The translations under genes and the position numbers were made by a program. From NCBI RefSeq assembly GCF_964355755.1, contig NC_092671.1:13578001-13642000 (forward strand): DNA of 64,000 bases, written 5' to 3'. Under the pieces are notes generated by a model. That model saw only the letters and a list, made by a program, of their open reading frames with translations. It was not told where the DNA came from and searched no databases. The DNA is from Antedon mediterranea (Eukaryota > Animalia > Echinodermata). Below, in pieces: positions 57,958 to 64,000 of the stretch; positions within the stretch are counted from its first letter, which is position 1; the number at the start of each line of letters is the position of its first letter.

Positions 57958-60900
57958 TCACCTATTTAGTGATCCATAGTTATTGCCTGTTGGAAAGACA
58001 GCCTTCCCAACTCTTACTGATTTTGGACCAAATTCAAGCTCATTATATCCATCTTGGACTTTGTTTTCCTTTTGTAGTCTGCCATAATTGCTGTTATTTC
58101 CATTGAGCTTACTCCCTTCTGAACTAATTCGTTTCCGCCTCTTGGCACTGTGACCTAACAAGTCATATTCATTCTTTTTACTTTTAACAACAGGACCTAA
58201 TGTATGATGTCGCATCAATGGGTTTGTCACTTCTTCGTATGTGTCAGAGACTTCAAATGATTTTGACGGATCCGACACATTAATGGTGATATCCTCATAG
58301 TTATTAGGAACGGGTAAACATTTATCGGTTTCTCCATCACTGATGCTATCGTAATCATCATCTTCATTTTCTGGTACCATTGGTTCCAGAACGTAATACT
58401 GATGCTGCGACGACATAGGTTTTGGTTCGTCAGTTTGAGCTTCGTTAAGGAAATCATAACAATTATTTTCAGAATTGTCTATTTTACCAGAATCTTTTCT
58501 CTCTATTGATGAATAAGCTTCATCGTAAAAATCCGCATTGCTATCTGTTGGTTTATCTGGTGTTTCGCATGTGTTTTGTGCCGGTAGCGCTGGCGGAGTT
58601 GCATATGTGTACTCGTTAAAGCTGCTTGTTGAGTGACACATGTTAATCTCAACCTCTGTGTAACTGTTATCATCAAGATCAATTGGACAAGAAGTTGAGT
58701 TGCTCGCTATAATATCTGGTGTGTCGCCTTCTTTATGTAAGCGAGTAGTGAATTCACATACGCCGCTGTCACCAGATGAAGTGAATGTCTGTATTGTAGT
58801 CCTCGTGTTGTAAGGTCTATCAGTACCTTAGATACAAACAAATGTAAACAAAAATAATAATGTGGGTGCATAATAACTATTCATTAACGTTATGTGGATA
58901 GGAAAGGGAATTTTAAGAAGAGTCAAACTTTAAGAATAAGAATACAGTACATATAATAGATCAGTTGCCTCTTCCAATCTTCACTTTTCTCACTCTGCTT
59001 CAACATAAAGTATAACCACATTCACATTGCCAAGCAAAACTACACACACCAGGGTGTCCAGATTTCTATGAAAAGCTCATAATCAGCGCCTTTTCTTTAA
59101 TTTGTAGGATTGTTAGCTTAACATTACTAGAAGTAATAAATGATATAGAGATAGATTAATACAGGCTGTTTTGCGTATAATGGGTGATGTTGGCCATCCC
59201 CTAAATGATCAATTTATTCAAACCCGAAGTGGTAGGCTCTGTGTCCCTAAGACAAGAACAAACCGATCCCGTTTACGGCAAAAAAGATAGGATACTGTAG
59301 AGTTAACGTATCATTGTGCAATTCTTCCTTTTTAATATTGTATTTTTAATAGTTTTAATAATTTTATGATAAAAGCTTTTAATCTGTATGTATTATAACC
59401 TAGCTTTTGATGTATTTTTGTGTATTATATTGTAATCTTCTGAATTTGTATAGTATATCTTTTTTTTATATTTTATGCCAGTTTCAAATGTATTTCCATT
59501 TTATATTACTATGGACAATAAAATAATATCAGTACTAGCATGTATACTGTGAGCTACATTCCGTATAGAAAGTAATAACAGAAAACATGTCTTGTATGTA
59601 AAAACGTTAAAACTTTGCTTTGTTCCATATCAATTCATTATTCACTACTGTAATTATGTTTTTATTGCTTAATTATACTTGTCCAAACAGAATTCAACAA
59701 AGTAAAAGTTGAAATATTGAATCAATGTTCATTGTTCTTCTTGCATACATTTTCTTGAAAGAATATTTGGATGCCAAACGGCTGAAATTTCCCACTTGTG
59801 GTGCCGATAAAGTATACAAAAAATCATAAGTTATTCATTGAACATCCCGAGGGAATCCCTAAAATCTCTGTTTGAAATACTGTATATAAAAAAATTTGAC
59901 CTATATGCTGTCATTTAATATGTGTAGTCAAATTCATTATTTTATATTCATGAAATAAATAAATAATGTAAGTTAAAAAACATCAGGAATTAGTTTGCAT
60001 CCCATGGAAATTCATAAGAATCTTTGTTTAAAATTTACTGTGTATGGAATTTATAAACTTGTCCTATTAGTTTATCATAAAATATAGTCTACTTCATTCT
60101 GTTTGATTTGTTAGAGTTTTCAGCATTACCATGTATACAATGTGTTTCATTAACAACATAACCTGAATACATACCATTTGAAGAGTTAATAGACACGACA
60201 TCATTCATATTTTTAGACCTTGACCCATGTTTGTACCTATTAATATAAAAGAGAGAACACATAATCACTATCTAACTGTTGAAGATTAAATCATACTTTG
60301 AATAGGTTATTTTGTAGTTTTAAATTGAATCACTTGCATAAAATTAAACAAATATTTTCACTTATAAAATCAACCAAAAACTATAAGACTTTTTTTAAGG
60401 TAAATAATTTGGGTTTCTTTCGATCCAATTTTTGGTCAACGTGGATAACTAGTATGTGACATAATACTTTAAAGTGATTTTAAACCAGATTTGAATCATC
60501 ATGGACCATGACTTGTCCGTACATACATACATATACACACTTGTTTGGTAACCCTCTTAGCTACTTTTCAAGATGTATATCTCATTATATTTTATTTCAC
60601 ATATTTCTTTGTAACAACAATTCATGCTTAAGCAATTATTCATAATGTTTAGTTGCTGCAATGTTACTGCATTCCAGACATTTAATATTCTACTCATGTC
60701 CAAGGAATAAATGCATAATGTTCTCTAATTTCATAATTTCGTAATTCAATTACAACATGATGTATTTCATATTTTGAAATGATTTGGAATGTTTAAACCA
60801 ATTTTACTGAATATCACATCAACAGATTTCAATAGTGGATTGTAAGTTTATGATGCCACTGTATATTAGTGGCTAAGTATATCAAACAGTGGTAAAGAAA

Positions 60901-63416
60901 GGGGGGAGGGGGAGACAGACAATCTTTTATTTAATGGGGTTTAAGGACAAGCACTCACATACATTGATGTACTAGAGTCAGATACTGGTATGCAGAGAGA
61001 AGAACTGGCTGTCACAATGGCAGATAGGAAATTATGGAGGAATCTAGTCATATAAATTTGGGTATGTCCCGGAATAAGTACTTAAGTAAAGGACACTAGT
61101 GTAAGGACGACAGATGGGAAAGAAGACTACTTTATAATAATTATAATTATAATTTAATGGATTGTGTGGGAATACAGTACAGTATGTCTACAAACTTTTC
61201 TTGTAATGCAAATTAAATGCTATGAAAAGTTTATTGCGAAATGTCACTAAGCAATTGTACATTTTTGGAATTAAATGCATTGCGGATACAGACTAATAAA
61301 TGTAATCGGAAAATTAGTTATGTGAATTGCATAGAATAATTGCATATTAGATTGAAAGATATGCTATACATCAAACATGCCAAATTTTGCCTGGTTAGGT
61401 TCTTTGATAATGGCCACATGATTTTGGATATCGGCCAAAATGATACTAACTTTTGAAATATTGTATTTTAACTAAATGATGTATTATACTAAATGACCAA
61501 GTGATTGTGTTGAATAAGGCAATTTATATGGCACCTAAATAAATTTCATTTGATTCGACGACTGTGGGTCACTTAACATGAAATAGTATGTACTGTTATG
61601 TAATAGTACTTTTTTCAGCATGAAATCCAATAGCAACATTTCTTCACGACGCAACTCTCCTTCACAACAACAAGATCAGAACAATGGCAATGACAAGAAT
61701 TTACTTAGATGTTATATAAAACAAATAGTGAATATTTTTATATTCTTAGATGGTAGAAATAATTTCATTTGGTGTAATATGAAATTCTATTTTCACTCGG
61801 GCTTCACCTCATGAAAATCAAATTTCATTTTTCACTGATTGAAATTATTTTTATTGCACTCATAAACATTCATTATTTGCAAGGAGTGACCATGTGTTTT
61901 AAACTTTTACTAATAGTCAGCTAAAACTTTCTGAGATGTCGGGTTTATGTTTATTGAAAGTAATCAAATATAATGTACCACCATATATTTGACTTCTATT
62001 TTCTTAATTGTTTGATAAACTCATATTCTGATGATGTGTATATTCTTTTACTATTGAATGTAGTGATTCTAATCAATGATTGAGTTGAATTAATATCATG
62101 GTTGATTGGAAGTGTCTTGTCTTTTCCTTTTATAAAAAGATTTTAAACTTTGATAACCCAGATACAATATACTGTATAAATCATTATCTCTTTTTTTATG
62201 TATTTTCTCATTGTGGTATTTCTAGATAAAAGAATTGAACTTTGATAAGACTGGTTTTATTTTATATCTTTCTAAGAGGATATTTGACAGTATCCTTGAA
62301 ATCACAGATCTTTTTACGATCTAATTCAATAAAAGTTCAGTCAATCAATTTTTATGGTCAACCTCCATATAATCAGGCAAAAGAAATAATAAATTTCCCA
62401 ACATTTCAAATTTTCAGAAAACGTAAAGTGTGGTTAGTGGAATTGCATATACCGGTAAACCTATTTTAGTATTGGGAAATTATACATATTTTCCTAAAGA
62501 GAAATAGTCTGTTTTTTTATTTTATAATACACTGTCAAAAAAGATTTATACGATTACGAGAGGCTATCAAAAATCATTGTGTGCATTCAATTCTCAAATA
62601 GGCTCCAGAGATTCTATAATGTTTATTACATTGAATATCACAAGACACAGAAGCATTGTTTATGGCATGTTGTAAATTGCTTGGCAAGAACAAAATTATA
62701 AAAATAATAAAATCAATTTTTATATAATCTCTAGGCTCTACTTTTTAACAATATAATTTATAAGCGTCATTCATTTTTTTTGTCAATTTGTCTTCAATTT
62801 CGAAAAGCCTAAAATGATCTATTATTTCTTTTTGCAGTCTAAGTAACATTTGTGCAGGCAAAGTAACACTAGAGTTATAGCATTATAAATAAATAATATC
62901 GCAATAATCATGGATTATTGTCATCCAGACTATGATAGAAATATGAACATTTTTGGTTTTCCTTTGATAACAATATACTAATTTCCATCACAATTATAAC
63001 ATAAATGATATTACAATTTATCAAAATTTCACAGGCAGTGGTTCCCTCCGACTTTAGGGAGGGGAATATTAAAATTAACAGCTATGAGGGGCCAACTCAT
63101 CTAAAATAACCATGCAGAATTTATTAATATCAATAAGTTTTGTTGGCTATAATGGATTCCCACTCCTTCAGTTTTTTCAACAGGGCCCAGATTTTGTTAA
63201 CCCTCTACTCTTCCAAATGATGCACTGGGTAAATAATTGACAGTAAATAAATGTTAAATATTAATACAAACCCTTTCTGATAGATCCTTCTACCAATGAG
63301 AATGATTAACATAAAAATTAGAAGAAAACTAAGTGTTGATGCTGAGATGATGATAAACAACGGAAAATCACTATCTCTTTCTTCAAGTACATAATTCATA
63401 ACAATTGTAGAAGGAC
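57958..63416 (-). CDS. 3' part of an uncharacterised single-pass membrane protein with a long Tyr-motif-rich cytoplasmic tail; the 5' exons lie right of the window
   Basis: Exons 63272-63416 (TM FPLFIIISASTLSFLLIFMLIILIG followed by RRIYQK), 60175-60236 and 57958-58826 are phase-compatible. The tail carries YTEV, YSSI, YDFL, YYVL, YDSI, YEDI, YEEV, YDLL, YGRL, YNEL and YGSL. Confidence 0.75.
59163..59525 (+). mobile_element. LINE 3' fragment (L2/Rex1-Babar-like)
   Basis: Encodes IMGDVGHPLNDQFIQTRSGRLCVPKTRTNR, the typical I..D..HPL...SGR...TRTNR terminus, followed by a T-rich UTR and AATAAA. Confidence 0.6.
60945..61090 (+). mobile_element. RTE-clade LINE 3' fragment
   Basis: Encodes TYIDVLESDTGMQREELAVTMADRKLWRNLV*, a typical RTE C-terminus, with a TAAG-like tail. 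Confidence 0.6.
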
Positions 63417-63611
63417 CTGAAATGAACAAAATAAACATCAGTATATATTAGATTAATATTGCATAAAAGCATCGCAATATAAAAAGTTATGTTATTTATG
63501 TTAAATATTGATATATAGAGAAATAGCGGATTCATGATTTTTAAAGAACAGGAGGTGCGGGGGTGAGAGGAAGGACAAAAATGCTGACCCTACTGGTCTA
63601 TCTTTTACTTA

Positions 63612-63790
63612 AGCGTGGTTCCCACTAGAATGTAACGCAAGGACGTAAACGCAACGCAAGCGTTTTAACCAATGACAAGCAAAGTTATAAACAGTTAGCA
63701 ATCAAAAGCGAATAAGCCATCGCTTGTGATTGGTCAGTTCACTTGCGTTGCGTTACGTCCTTGCGTTGCGTCGCTAGTGAGAACCACGCT
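63612..63790. mobile_element. Harbinger-type palindromic MITE, family B
   Basis: Long imperfect palindrome AGCGTGGTTCCCACTAG...CTAGTGAGAACCACGCT in a TTA/TAA context. Confidence 0.8.
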
Positions 63791-64000
63791 TAAGTATCTA
63801 CAAAATGTAAATGAAGACAGGCCAGAATCCCCCAAACTTCAACAGTTTAAGTATACTGTACACCAAAGAGCATAATGTATGTATTGACACTGGGAATACA
63901 CTAAAGTGTATTTACAAGGCCAGTAAAAAACTTAAATTAGATATAATAATAATAATATAATAATCAGGGAAGAGTGAATCTTCCCTGATAAAAACATAAT

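Overview
AT-rich, intron-containing animal genomic DNA. The gene set and repeat families suggest an invertebrate deuterostome such as an echinoderm (inference). Exons were spliced by hand and all junction phases checked. From left to right the window holds: the probable first coding exon of an RBPMS/couch-potato-family gene (-, continuing off the left edge); DCTN6 (-, 7 exons, one U12-type GT-AG intron); ornithine decarboxylase antizyme OAZ (+, 5 exons, canonical TCC-TGA +1 frameshift site); AP4E1 (-, 22 exons, one U12-type AT-AC intron and one GC-AG intron); GTF2E2 (+, 6 coding exons); an orphan type-I membrane protein with a tyrosine-motif-rich tail (-); an HSD11B1-like SDR (-); and the 3' part of a second tyrosine-motif-rich single-pass protein (-). 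Introns and intergenic DNA carry LINE fragments, a tRNA-derived SINE, several MITE families and tandem repeats. The most striking observation is in the antizyme gene. Besides the normal frameshift cassette, it has an AUG at 23937 that is already in the ORF2 (+1) frame and stays open across the intron and through the shift site. This predicts a frameshift-independent antizyme that starts with an SV40-like NLS (MKKKRRKV).
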